DNA of 63,179 nt, counting the filler, from Reticulomyxa filosa (lineage: Eukaryota; Protista; Foraminifera): NCBI GenBank assembly GCA_000512085.1. It is 18 parts of 18 records of this genome, joined end to end, with 100 filler letters (N's around TTAATTAATTAA, not from the genome) between each part and the next. Parts side by side here need not be neighbours in the genome. Positions count along the whole stretch, not along the records: positions 1 to 1,795 come from ASPP01028438.1; positions 1,896 to 3,252 come from ASPP01002536.1; positions 3,353 to 14,850 come from ASPP01019307.1; 15 more parts are not named here. The stretch is one strand, 5' to 3'. Below the pieces are notes generated by a model. It did not search any database. It saw only the letters and a program-made list of their open reading frames with translations, and was not told the origin of the DNA. This document shows positions 1 to 12,104 of this stretch, one piece after another. Position 1 is the stretch's first letter, and each line of letters starts with the position of its first letter. The translations under genes were made by a program, and so were the position numbers.

Positions 1-95
1 ACACGAAGTATAATACTTATGTTGTAAAAAAAAAGAATGCAAAAAAATATACAAAACTATTTCGAACACAGACCCCCAAACAATCTTTTTACATA

Positions 96-1776
96 TCAGC
101 GTGAATTGCACTTGTTTGCAGAAAGTAATATCAGGAAATATGACCTATTCGTCGGTACTATCGTCTGTCCAAAACAGCAACAAATGCACATATAGTTCGT
201 TTTCCATGATTGCGACCAAAACGCAGCCACAACAATGAAAAGAATAACTCCGACCATGATGACAGAAAATGAACCGAACATATTTCCCAACGATACCAAT
301 ATTGGTAAAGGTATTGTTCGACTGTCCAACGTCACTGCCGGATGTGAATGAGTCTTTTAACATTTTTTTTAAAACAACAAAAAAGGAATTTTTTATTTTT
401 TATTTTAAAAAGGGGAACCCAATCAACGTGAACATTTCATAACAATGAATTAAGTCGATGAGAATCAAGTCAACGAAGACAATGATCCGGTACTGTTGGA
501 TTCTAACACCCTAGGACAAGTGTCGCAACATTTGCATAGTTTAATCATGTTGCAAGCGGAAACACTGTTTTGCTTGAGACATTCGAGATTTTTCAATGGC
601 TTCGGCACATGTTAAACGCGCAACGTATGCCTACTGTGGGCGCCTGGCATGCTAAAAATAGCATCAACAGTCATCAGCATTAGCACAAATATCAAAGCTT
701 TGTTTACCTGCACTAAAGTTAAATAGTTTAAACAATAGTGCTTATCATAAATTGAAAAAAAGAACACAAACAAAACTACAATCACACAAATGACAACTAA
801 CAATTTGAAACATGGAAAAGCAGAATCAATGCAGAAATGATTCATCACATGTTTACTCCAAGTAATCATTGTGTGTGACCCACTGGAATGATAAATTTTG
901 TTCAAAAGATTCTTCTACAGGCTGGCCATCATCAAGGTCACATTTTAAAGTTGTCGCGGCATAATAACGAATCACCTAAATGATTTAAGTAATACCTCAT
1001 CGATTTTTCGTCATTATATACAATGTCACGAAACAAGCGACAGCAAACTTGCAAATGTTCAAATGCCAGCTTTTTTGTTTGGCTGAAGCATTAAGATATT
1101 TTTCTACCGACTGAAGATATGACGCAAAGTTAACGCCATAATCGTTGTATTATAAGGACATCTAAAAATATGTACATATAATTATATATACATATATATA
1201 TGTTTGATACAAAACGGATTGTATAACAAATGTCTGTTTGACATATTGCAATATATTTTGATCATCAGAATCAAGCATTGCATAGACAATACTCAAATCT
1301 CTAGAGAGTAAGGATTGCAAAATGGGTTTGTCTTTGGATCGTCTGTCACAGAAGGTGAGGTATTGCAAACTCGAACTCAACAAGTGATGTATTTGAAGAC
1401 TGGAGCAACTTCGTTGTCCGTTCAGATGGAAAAACAAAATCACAAACAAGTATTGCATGGCCACTCGGGACTGCAGGATATCTTCACGCGCTTTTTGTCT
1501 GCGAATATACGTATCCAGTCGGATTTTGATCGACGCGATCAATAATTGATGGATCAATGTGGAGTCGGTGCGCAACAGTTCCTCGCACATTCCTAAGCGC
1601 CATTCGTCAGTCAGCCAATAGTCTTGCTCTTTTGTTTCATCTACATCCGTGTTTTTCTGTTTCGACTCTGCTATGGCCGTATCGGCACTCGTGCCGCCAT
1701 GGTTATGATTACGGTTTTCACTTGCCATTGGCCGCACGACAAGAAGTACTGTGTTTTCATTGGATAAAACAGACAT
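96..1776 (-). CDS. Multi-exon hypothetical protein(s), unidentified
   Basis: 204-aa ORF at 1162-1776 runs into a (TA)-rich GT..AG intron (~1162-1210). Further coding-like segments follow down to ~100, one with a hydrophobic TM-like stretch. No family recognised; may be more than one gene. Confidence 0.4.
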
Positions 1777-1795
1777 TTGTGCAAACGATTGAACA

Positions 1796-1895
1796 NNNNN
1801 NNNNNNNNNNNNNNNNNNNNNNNNNNNNNNNNNNNNNNNTTAATTAATTAANNNNNNNNNNNNNNNNNNNNNNNNNNNNNNNNNNNNNNNNNNNN
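1796..1895. other. Artificial contig spacer N44-TTAATTAATTAA-N44 (first of 17 copies)
   Basis: Identical 100-bp block with stop codons in all six frames at 1796, 3253, 14851, 22079, 26210, 28154, 29351, 33479, 38116, 39440, 42240, 44920, 46955, 56955, 59417, 60795 and 61933. Flanks often end in homopolymers or microsatellites, as expected at assembly breaks. Confidence 0.97.
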
Positions 1896-1931
1896 CATAT
1901 ACATACATATACATATATATGTATATATAAT

Positions 1932-3220
1932 ATGTACATATATAAGAGGATTTGATGGAGTATTTGCGAAGAGTAGAGAAACTGCACGACAACGCTAGAG
2001 AAAGATGCAATCAGAGATACCAGCAACATCAACACGAATACAAGAGTGGTGATATCAATGGCGACGAAAGGGATGAGAAGAAGAGGAGAAGGACGACCGA
2101 GTTCGAGGAGGAGTGGGATTACGAGAAAAAACGATGGGAAGAATGGAAGAACCAGTTTAACACGGACACAGAATATATGAGAATGTATGACAATGGCCAG
2201 GTGATAGAAAGTTCCACTTACGCTTCTTCCAGTTCGATCGCTGCCAGGTCGTCTATTACGCATAGTCTCAGTTTCAGCAATTCGCATCAAAGCAGTGGCA
2301 TTACCATCCCGGTCGATGACTCGCAAAGTGACCTGGATGAACCACTGCACACTTATACCCACAGTCACACTCGAACTCAGTCCACGTCGCAATTCGCAAT
2401 TGCCACTTCCACCACCGACTTTGACAACAATGATGCTGTTGGTCCTGCTGCTGCTGCTGCTGTTGCTGGACATACCACTGGTTTGTTTTTTTTTTAAATA
2501 AATAAAAAATAAAAAAATAAAATTAAAAAAAATTAAAAAATAAAAAAAAAAAGATGAACAATGGAATTCTTCCACCGAACAAAAAGAAGACATACCAAAT
2601 CGCAATGAAAATGAAACTGTCGATTATAATGAGAATAATGACGATAATGAGATCAATGATAGTAACGAGAACAATGAGAACAACGAGAGCAAAACTGAAA
2701 ATGCAAATAACGCACATGGAACTGAAGGTGAAGATATGGACAGAAAGTATTTGCAATCGTTGGTCGCGTTGCAAAATGCACAATTGCCACGCTGGCTCAC
2801 CGACATTTTTGGAAACCTCAAATTCCCCTGCTACTACTCTTTGGAACTGTATTTTGTGGAAAATGATACCCACGCTCGTACCCATTCGCTTTTCGAATCG
2901 GGGCATACGATCGATACTCATTCCAAATCCAACGATATCTTCATTTTTTCCAATGTTCTTTTTTTTCTTTATTCGTGTTTCTGTTTTAATGCATATTTTA
3001 CAAATATGTATATATTAGTATCTTTTTTTTTTTTTTTTAATCTTAATTTATTTCGTATACGTATTGCTCCCAAAAAAAAAAAAAAAGACGAGTCGTCGCG
3101 TTTACAGCAGTGAACCGACATTAATTGCAGCCAAATATGGAGAAAATTTTGGGCAATTGTTCAAAAAAAACACTGCCAAAGGTTCCTGTTGGCTGGAAAC
3201 GGAATTCAGCAAATATGGTA
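1932..3220 (+). CDS. Hypothetical multi-exon protein (fragment) with acidic and Asn-rich regions
   Basis: Coding blocks ~1932-2480, 2554-2954 and 3088-3217 join through GT..AG introns 2481-2553 and 2955-3087. Both ends are cut by spacers. Confidence 0.6.
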
Positions 3221-3419
3221 TTTTTTTGTTCACACAAAAAAATAAAAATTGCNNNNNNNNNNNNNNNNNNNNNNNNNNNNNNNNNNNNNNNNNNNNTTAA
3301 TTAATTAANNNNNNNNNNNNNNNNNNNNNNNNNNNNNNNNNNNNNNNNNNNNAACGGTTGTGAAAATAATTTGGCCCTTCACTGTGGATCCTCTATGTCC
3401 ATTGAGGTTGCTTGGGGCT

Positions 3420-5187
3420 TTATCCCCCTTTTTCTCAAAACCAAGTATTACAATATGTTACAAATGTAACCAACAGCTTCAACTTTGTAGCTATAGTTTT
3501 AATTAGAGTGTAAAAAGATTTCAATTTATCCTTCAAACTTTGATCATCACCGGTTGATTGCCTTTGGGACCTCGCTCAGACTCTTCGAGACAGCAGATGG
3601 TGATGGCAGATGCGAGTAAATATCATTCAATTTACAAGAGACACAATCCATAATTCTAATTACCATCACAAACAACCTTAAACAAAATTGCTACAGCTTA
3701 AAAGCCAAAAAAAGATTGAGGCATTTTTCTTTGACTGTTTCTTTGATCGTTGCTTGTATCGGACCTTTCCAGTTGCTTCTAGGCCTGGGGTATAACACAT
3801 CCGAATTACTCTTGCGATTAACGGAATCAATTTATGCTTCATTTGACGAGAGCTCAGTCACCTACTGGGCATTTTTTCGGCATGCGATAGTGTGGAGATA
3901 TGGTCTGAGAATTCAACATCAATGGAAAGTTATATTGGAGGCTTGATAGTTTCCTGAAAAAAAGAGTATTTCAATTAGTCTTGAACGAAGTCAATTCAAC
4001 TCAGAGGTTATTCGAGACTCCCACAAGGATCATCACTATCACTCTTTTATTCTTGCTATACATCAACGATATAACGGGACGTTCGCCAATGATGTCGCAT
4101 TGTGGAATTCCAGGGACAGTTGGAGTCATTACAAACAAGCTTGGACGAAATGGAAGCTCATCTTGGCTGCAGATAAGACAATGTATTACATTCATGAAAA
4201 AGAACAAAGTCAAGTATTGGGTACTTATCATCCTGTGCTCCTATAAAGGAACCATCCAGAGTACAATATGCTTTATAAATCAATCATTCGATCAGTAATT
4301 GAATATGCTTGCGCATTCTCAAAATGGAGCGAACATCTGATCAGATCTTGTCATCGTTGCAACAAGATACTGTAGTGATATTTGCATACAAACTAAATTT
4401 GCCATCTGAATTAGTAGACTTATTATCATCATTGGAGGCAATTGACAAGCCAACTCCATCGTTGGAATTATTGAGCAAGTCACCTTCGCCATTAGAACCA
4501 TTGGACAATATCGAAGAAGTGCTAAGCATTGAGCGTAAAAAGACAAAGTACATACACAATGTCGAGATATTACACGTAACAGACAATCAAACATACGTAT
4601 GTTGCCCAGCTGGCTGAACCCTTATGGAACTGATGAGCTCCTATTGGGTTAAACTTCTCCACCAACTTTTCTTCACTTCTTGTTTGTTTTCTTCTTACTT
4701 ATTGAGTTATTCATTTTGAAAGCAACTAGTAAAACCTTTTCGTATTATATTTAGTGTAGCTCTCTACAGTAGACACCCCCACCATCTAAAAAAACATATC
4801 CATCTTGTCTTGCTGCTTTGGCATTCCATTATTTTGTGAATTCAATATCCTGGAATTTGGCATGTCATTTCCATAATTAATTCATTTCCAATACGTACTG
4901 TCATTTGATAGTTTATTAGTGGCAGACATGTTCTGAAGTGCAGTTAATATTTCTGACTTACCATCAAATTGGATAATTGAACCAATTCCGCCTCGTCCTG
5001 GCCGCCTTCACAATCTATTGCACATCGATACTCTTAAAGCAACTAAGTACAAGATACGCTGTAAGTTTAAACAAGCATTTCCACCTATCACAGTAACTAG
5101 ATGCTGAACTGACGAAGCCCTCCAAAATGAATTACAATAAAAAACGTTGCCAAAAAGAATAACAAAAGTGAAGAAGCCACACGTCAT
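3420..5187 (-). pseudogene. Decayed or unresolved coding-like region
   Basis: A signal-peptide-like start (MTCGFFTFVILFG, ~5187), splice-like sites and short protein-like fragments (YRCAIDCEGGQDE; DMFFRWWGVYCRE) are broken by stops in every frame. No long ORF. Confidence 0.3.
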
Positions 5188-7358
5188 TACTAAAAAAAAA
5201 TTTAGTTGAAAATTTCTTACTTCTTCTTTATTGGTCTTTGAATTTTCTGCGAAAATTGTTGAAAATAGCTTAATTTATTTTCCAAAATTTCCTTCAAAAC
5301 TTGATTGAATAAGATTATATTTCCAAAGATGCAATTGACATTGCAGCAGTCAAATCTAAATAAATGCAATCATGTGAAGTATCTTGTATTATTCATTTAC
5401 ATATTTATTATGTTTATATAAAGGTGTCAGTCCAAATTTATCAACGTATAATCTATTATACAATATCATAGTCTTTAATATTGTAATGGCGTATCGGACT
5501 TATAAGATGCTATTGGATTATATTTAAAAAATTCATTCAAATCTTTCATCATCGATAAACTTTTACAAAAAAAGTTTTATTTTGAATGAAAAAAAGTATA
5601 TAACAACTAGATACTGCAACATTTATCATTATCTGAAAGGACCTCGAAATAAATATTCGATTATTAACAACGATTTTCGTCTTCAACAAGATTACGTCGA
5701 AAATAGAAACAAACATAAAGAAAATAAACTTTTCAAATTACTAAAAAATTTTTCAACTAGTAAAATTTTTTTATCTAGATAAAAAATGCTTATACTAGTT
5801 GAAAATTCAATATATTGCGATTTTGCGCGAGATCAGATATCGAACAATACTTCAAGATATCTGTCGAAACTGCAAAAATTAGCAGTCGAAACAGTCTCAG
5901 AGAATTCTGTTTAGCACCGCTCCCGTAATTCTCCCTGACCATCCACAGTAAATAGCCAAATTATTTTTACAATCGTTGGTTGATCTCGATCTTCGATCTT
6001 TGGTATTCAGTTCACTTTTTGATATTTTAAATTTAATTAAAGACTCTAAATTGATATTTTCTTTTGATTATGTGAGTTTGACAAATTTTGTATATCTTTT
6101 CATGTGCTTTTGTTTCTTTTAGGCACTTTGTTCTATTTCTTAGAGCGGCTGCTTTTTAATTAGAAAGATCTTAGTTTGTGCAAGTACATAGTGTAAAAGC
6201 ATTGCAAAGTGATAGCGTAGTCCAACACTTGATATGCTACTGCAACCAAACGAACAAGTGAATAAGAAAAATAAAAACAGAATATAAATCAAAATAAAGA
6301 TCAATCTGATATAATAAGAGAATTGAAAGATGAAATTGCAGCAATTATCGTCGATGATTCAAGTAATCGTACTATTATTAAATCGAATGAAATTTGAAAT
6401 GACTTGCTTGATAAATCTTTTAAAATTGAAATACTTTAAAATTTTGATAAATTTGTTTCAAAATAAAGCTAAATTGGTTGTTTGGTTTTATAATTGTACT
6501 TTTTTTTTTGTATTATTTAGTGCAATGTCATATTTTGGACCATGTGCTTTTCAACTTGCACTTTGCAGCATATAGTTATTGCTAAAAGAAATGATGATAG
6601 ATAGTAGTCTGACACCTCCACTCAATCCCAGTGCAAAAGCTTAAAAAAATACTGCAGCGTTGCTAAACCGAATCGTCTGATCATCGTTTTCGAAGTGCTG
6701 AAGTTTTATAAAATATTGATATTCGATCTACCTCTTCAACAAATCAAAGAAACCTAAAACAAAAAATGAATTTACACACTTATCGTCATTAAAAAAGGTA
6801 TTTGAGAGTTAAATTGTAATTTTATTTTTTTGCGCGCTATGTTTAATGATTTAAATTTCATAAAATGAATTGAAGTTAAGTACTTGGACCGAAATTTGTT
6901 ATTGCATGATGTAAAAGAAAAACACAAAATTAAAATAGTTCCAAAAAACAAAAAAGACTGAAATTTTATATTTTTCATTCAAATGGTAGTTCAAAGTTAG
7001 CAGTACAACATAAACCTTACAAGTTCCTTGTAACTTTAACTATCGTTTGTGTAATTTTAAAAAAAAAAAAAAAAATGTAATTTTTTTATTATTTAAAAGG
7101 AATGCACATTGTTATTACTGTAAAGATATAATCCTTTGCGATATAAATCATTGGTATATTTTCAAGTTTATTGATACACATGACAAAGACTAGATTTCTT
7201 AGTTAACAATTGAAAATAATATTTTACGGCTTTGCTAAATTTTGAAGTTAAACAGCATAGATCAATTACAATTATCCTTAAACACAAACTCAAAAAATGG
7301 AAACATAAAACGAAAAAAAACTAAGCACAACATTTACTTTCAATTGCACTGAAAAATA

Positions 7359-10300
7359 CTAAAATCCTAATCGGTCCAAATTGAATACTTGATTATTTAA
7401 AAATCTATTCATTGCTAAGGAATAAATTAACACATCCCCACCAGCCACAGCAACAAACATGACGGCTTCATCTTTATCTAAGGTAACACAGTTTATGGCT
7501 TCTTTTGATTCTGAAAATTGCTTTTGTACGGTCAAAGTCTTGGTATCTCGAATTAAAGTGACAGCAGCATTTCCGCCAGTGAGGATAAAAGTTCCATCTT
7601 TATTGAACTCCATAACAGACAGTAAATCGCCTCTAACATTTCTCGTTATCATCAATTCACCATTGCATGAATAAACCCATAAATATTTTAATTGTTTGCT
7701 GTAGCACACAATATCTCCAAGTGAGGAAACTCGAACAATGTTTAATCCTGGGCTTATTTGATTAATATCAAGTAGTGATTTTGCTTTTTCAGACACATTA
7801 TCTGTTACGTTAGTTGCATTTTCACCATTTACAGCTTTTTCTTCGTCTTTCTTATCTCCTTCCTCAATACCTATGTCATCCTCTTTCACTTCTGCATCTT
7901 CTTCGTCTTCCTTCACATTCTCTTCAGTTTCTTTCACAAGCTCTGCGTTTGTATTTTCTTTTTCTTGTTGATTTGGATCTGGTGTAAAATGGTCTATTTG
8001 ATCCATCCCATTTGTGGCTTCGTTGGTTGTTTGTGATTCAGAAACTGGTGTAATTACGGCACTGTTTGTGCCATTCTGCGAAAGATAATGCGAGACAGGA
8101 TGGTTTGGTTGTTCATCAGCAATAAGCTGCCTTGGATTAGAGGAAGGTTTGAATTTATCCAAATGATCACCAGTGCTGGCATTATATATATTTACTTCTC
8201 CACTTATATCACAACAAACAATTATACCCGATTGAATTGATACATCGACACACGTTATCTATATGTATTATGTATATTGATTTTCTCAGTTCGACAAACA
8301 CGCTATTAGCAAATTAAGACAATCAATACAAAGAAAAAGACGCAAAAGATCAAAAAAAACAAAAAAAAAGAAATATGTGGTGGATATCGATGTACAGCCA
8401 CCAACTTTGGCACTTTGTCCAGTCAAAATAAAACGTGGCTCGGAATCGATGATTTCGGTGGAAGTCCTTCTTAACGAAGACGAAATGCCATGTCTCGGCA
8501 ATAGTCTCCAAACAATGACAGTGGTATCATAACTTCCAGTCACCAACAAGCGATAGTCTCTATCGCTGTCTTCATCCAAAGCCAAACAGCTGATCAATTG
8601 AGTATGTCGTTGCAAAGTTTGAACGACTTCACCTTTAGCAATGTCCCACACAACCAATGCCAAGTTGTCAAATCCACAAGCAAACACATAAAGTCCCGAT
8701 TCATCAATGGCAGTGCACACATGTGGGTTATCAATTAAATTGGAAAACTTGTTTCCAATTTTGAGTGTTTTTTTTCGTCGGGCGATATTAAACAAAGCCA
8801 GTGTTTTCTTTTTTTCAATTCGAAGATTTTCTCTTTTCCACACATGTGTTATAACAGTGCAATCGTTGTGTACAGTGATAATCTCTTTGTTCTTGTCAAT
8901 AAACCGCATAGCGATAATTTCGGAGCCTTCAGATTCGCACAAATTGTGTTTACCATAATACTTTACCTCCCTATTTTCGTTTGTAATGAAAACAAGAGCG
9001 TCTACAATTATCCAATTTCCCTTTATTTTTTCAATAAACAAAAACAAGCAAACACACTTGGCAGCGAAAATGGAACCAACAACTTCTTCTTTAGTTAGTC
9101 TTCTGGGATGTGGTTTGAAAAAGAGCTGCGAAGGGGTTTGCCCAAACGAATCAATTTGTTCTAAAATGGCTTTCTTGTGAGTTTCGTCTGCAATCGCATC
9201 AATATCAACGTTTCCTTCGTATGTGTACGGATGAAATAAATTGTTCCATTTTTGTGCTTCTGGCAATCTTTGTTTATATCCAAATATTAGATCAATCCAA
9301 TGATGCAAATTTTCGGACACGTATTCACTCTCCAGCGCCTGTCGCATGACCCTGTTTTATTGTGTTTGTAATTTATGTCTCGTTTGGAGTGAATTGAAAA
9401 AAATGAACGTTGAATAACAAAAAGGAATGAGTTTTCAAACCAAACTCAACAAAAGTCCGAGTGGATCCATTTGCCCACAATGGTAATTTGACGTCGGAAA
9501 TCGCTTCACCGTTTTGTTTCTTTCCAAAATCTAATTTATTTCGATTGATCAAAAATTCAGGTAGGTAGTAAAATTCGGGGATCAATTCTTTGACATCACT
9601 GCTGTTGTAGTAGCAGCCTTCAAAGCAATCAGCAATGCTGTCGAACAATCGATCGGGATGATCGAATTTGCCTCCTTGCATTATCTTGTTACAGGTGGTG
9701 AAGGGCTCCATGCGAATGAGATAGTACAACACAATGCCAATACTGCTATAATGTGAGCCATACATAAAATTATTTGGATTTTTGGGATCATTCGCATCTG
9801 TCGCTTCAACCATGCTTTCATACCTCTCGATAAACTTTTGCAATCGGTCGGGATTTAATGCTCCAACTGGTTTCGTTAAATCACGATAAATCGAAGTGTC
9901 AGTTAAATTTATTTGACCTTTTTTTTTTATTAAAAAAAAAAACACGATTTTTGTTAAATCGATTGCGTGGTGTTTGAAATAAAACGAAACTGGAGACGTA
10001 GTCTTTCAATATCCAGGGCATAACAGGATATTGCGTTAGATCATTAAAGGTTCGACCTGCCAATATGTTCAAGCGCATAAGATAATCGAAATTGCTAATT
10101 TCACGACGACACCATTTCAAATGGATTTTGGTGGTTTCAATAACCTGACATGGATTTCGAATACTGGCAGTCCGCAATAAATGTGGGGGCTTGCATTGCA
10201 AAATGGCGTCAAACACGCGGTTTCGAACCGACTCCTCAAAGAATTGAAACAGCCAGGATGTGTCATCCTTAAAATAAAACTCCACTGCGCATTTACGTAA

Positions 10301-11714
10301 TCGATATCTTCGATCATACATTTGGGTTAACTCTTTCAACGGCCAATCACGTTTTGCAGACATGACACGGTAACGATTCCCGCCCATGTGCGTAAAGCTC
10401 CCACACGCAGCCACTGCCACATTGTACTTCGATTTGGATCTGTCTTGGTCATCTGCACACGACATTTATATTACGCATACACAAACAAAATATGTGTATA
10501 CCGCGTTGGTCATGTTATGCGATTCAAAATGGACTCCACACAAAACGTGTTTTTGTATGCGTATGTGTTTTAACCGGGCAACGGGGAATTGCGAAGGGAT
10601 TCTGCATTAAGGGCTGACGTGGAGTTTGAATCGACAGCGGCCAGGAGCAAAGAGGACGATTTGGTTGCCAATGATAATTGCAAGTTCTTATTGGTTAGCG
10701 GATTTGCCACGGACTGGGTTTCATCTGGAAGAAACTGCAAACGATTGGCATAAAGGTTAAATACACCTCGAATTATTGTCATCGGTGCAATCAATTCTGC
10801 GCTTTCGCTTATTATTAATTCATCTTTTGATGCTTTTTCTTTGTCTGTTTCTGTTGCTTGTTTATTTTATTTTTTAATATTCATTTTTCAATTAAAAAAA
10901 TAATGAGCATAATAATGATCAAAAAAAAAAAATAACATGCATGTGTCCGCAACAGCATAGAAGATAGGGCAGTAAGAGTACGATGGCTTTCCTTGTTATC
11001 AACAAACAAGGCGTCAGTAAATCCCATGGTTTCGGGTATGTTTGGACTGGCAGTATGAATAAGCGTGGCATCATTTATGGATTCAATGTGCTCTTCTTTC
11101 GTAATCAATAATTCCTTCCATTCATTTAAAATGTCTTTTTCAAAATCCTCTTCATTTTCACTTTCGTTTCCATTTTCTCTTTTTTTATTCTCTTTTTGTT
11201 GTCCTTTTTTTTTTTCACTTTTGCGCTCTTCACTTTCATAATCATTTACCACTTCCACTGTTTCATCCTCCTCTTCGTCTTCCTCTTCTTCGTCTTTTTC
11301 GTCTTCTTCTCCTTCGCTGGACTTTTTTCCCTTTTCTGGAATCGCCGGGACTGGGGTCATGTTCATATTTTTTCCCGTTCCAGCGCGCAATGGATGGCTT
11401 TTATGCAATGACGCTATAAACAATGCCATCACGAACCGATACATTTGGGGAGCTTTTGCTTCCATAAAACGCTCAATTGATTTATCACTAGCCTGATGTA
11501 GCAAACCAAACAATTCCATTTGAAATCTATCGGCTGATGATCCAAATTTGCTCGCGTTATAGCTATTCCAGTTGCGCATAAAAGGACCTACTACTGACTC
11601 AAAGATTGCTGAAGATGCATCACCTACAGAATTGAGTGCTGACGAACTCCCTAGAAGTGTTGGTAGGCTGAATAGTAATGTTCCTGAATACCTGCGGGAC
11701 TCCATGGATCTCAT
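7359..11714 (-). CDS. BEACH-domain protein (PH-BEACH-WD40; neurobeachin/LRBA/Lvs family)
   Basis: PH motif [19 protein letters not shown] motifs [85 protein letters not shown] and [10 protein letters not shown]-terminal WD40 repeats ([13 protein letters not shown]). Multiple GT-AG introns; the 5' start is uncertain. Confidence 0.95.
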
Positions 11715-12104
11715 TTATTATTACCTTTTTTTCCTTGAAGTTCGATACTACACTCGCTTTTTTCAGTTTGCAAAACGAACCAGTGTCTAAAATTTTTCAA
11801 AGAAAAAAAGAAATGCCGACAGTAGCACACGCTAAATGAATTTTAACAAAATTTTGATTGCCAACAATTGGCTCACCTTGGAAGCTTCAGTTGATTATGA
11901 CATGCTTTATGTCAACACAATCATTTTTTCACTGATTTGATTTAGCTTTAATCAAACTTGGATGAAGATTTGAGGATCATTGTAGCATATTTTACCTGAG
12001 TCTTTTGTGATACTTGCTGTGTTTCTGAAAAAGAAGGGAAAACAAACAGTCCTTTTAAAAATTGTTGCATTTTTAGCGGGGAACAAAAAAAGGAACTTAA
12101 GGCA

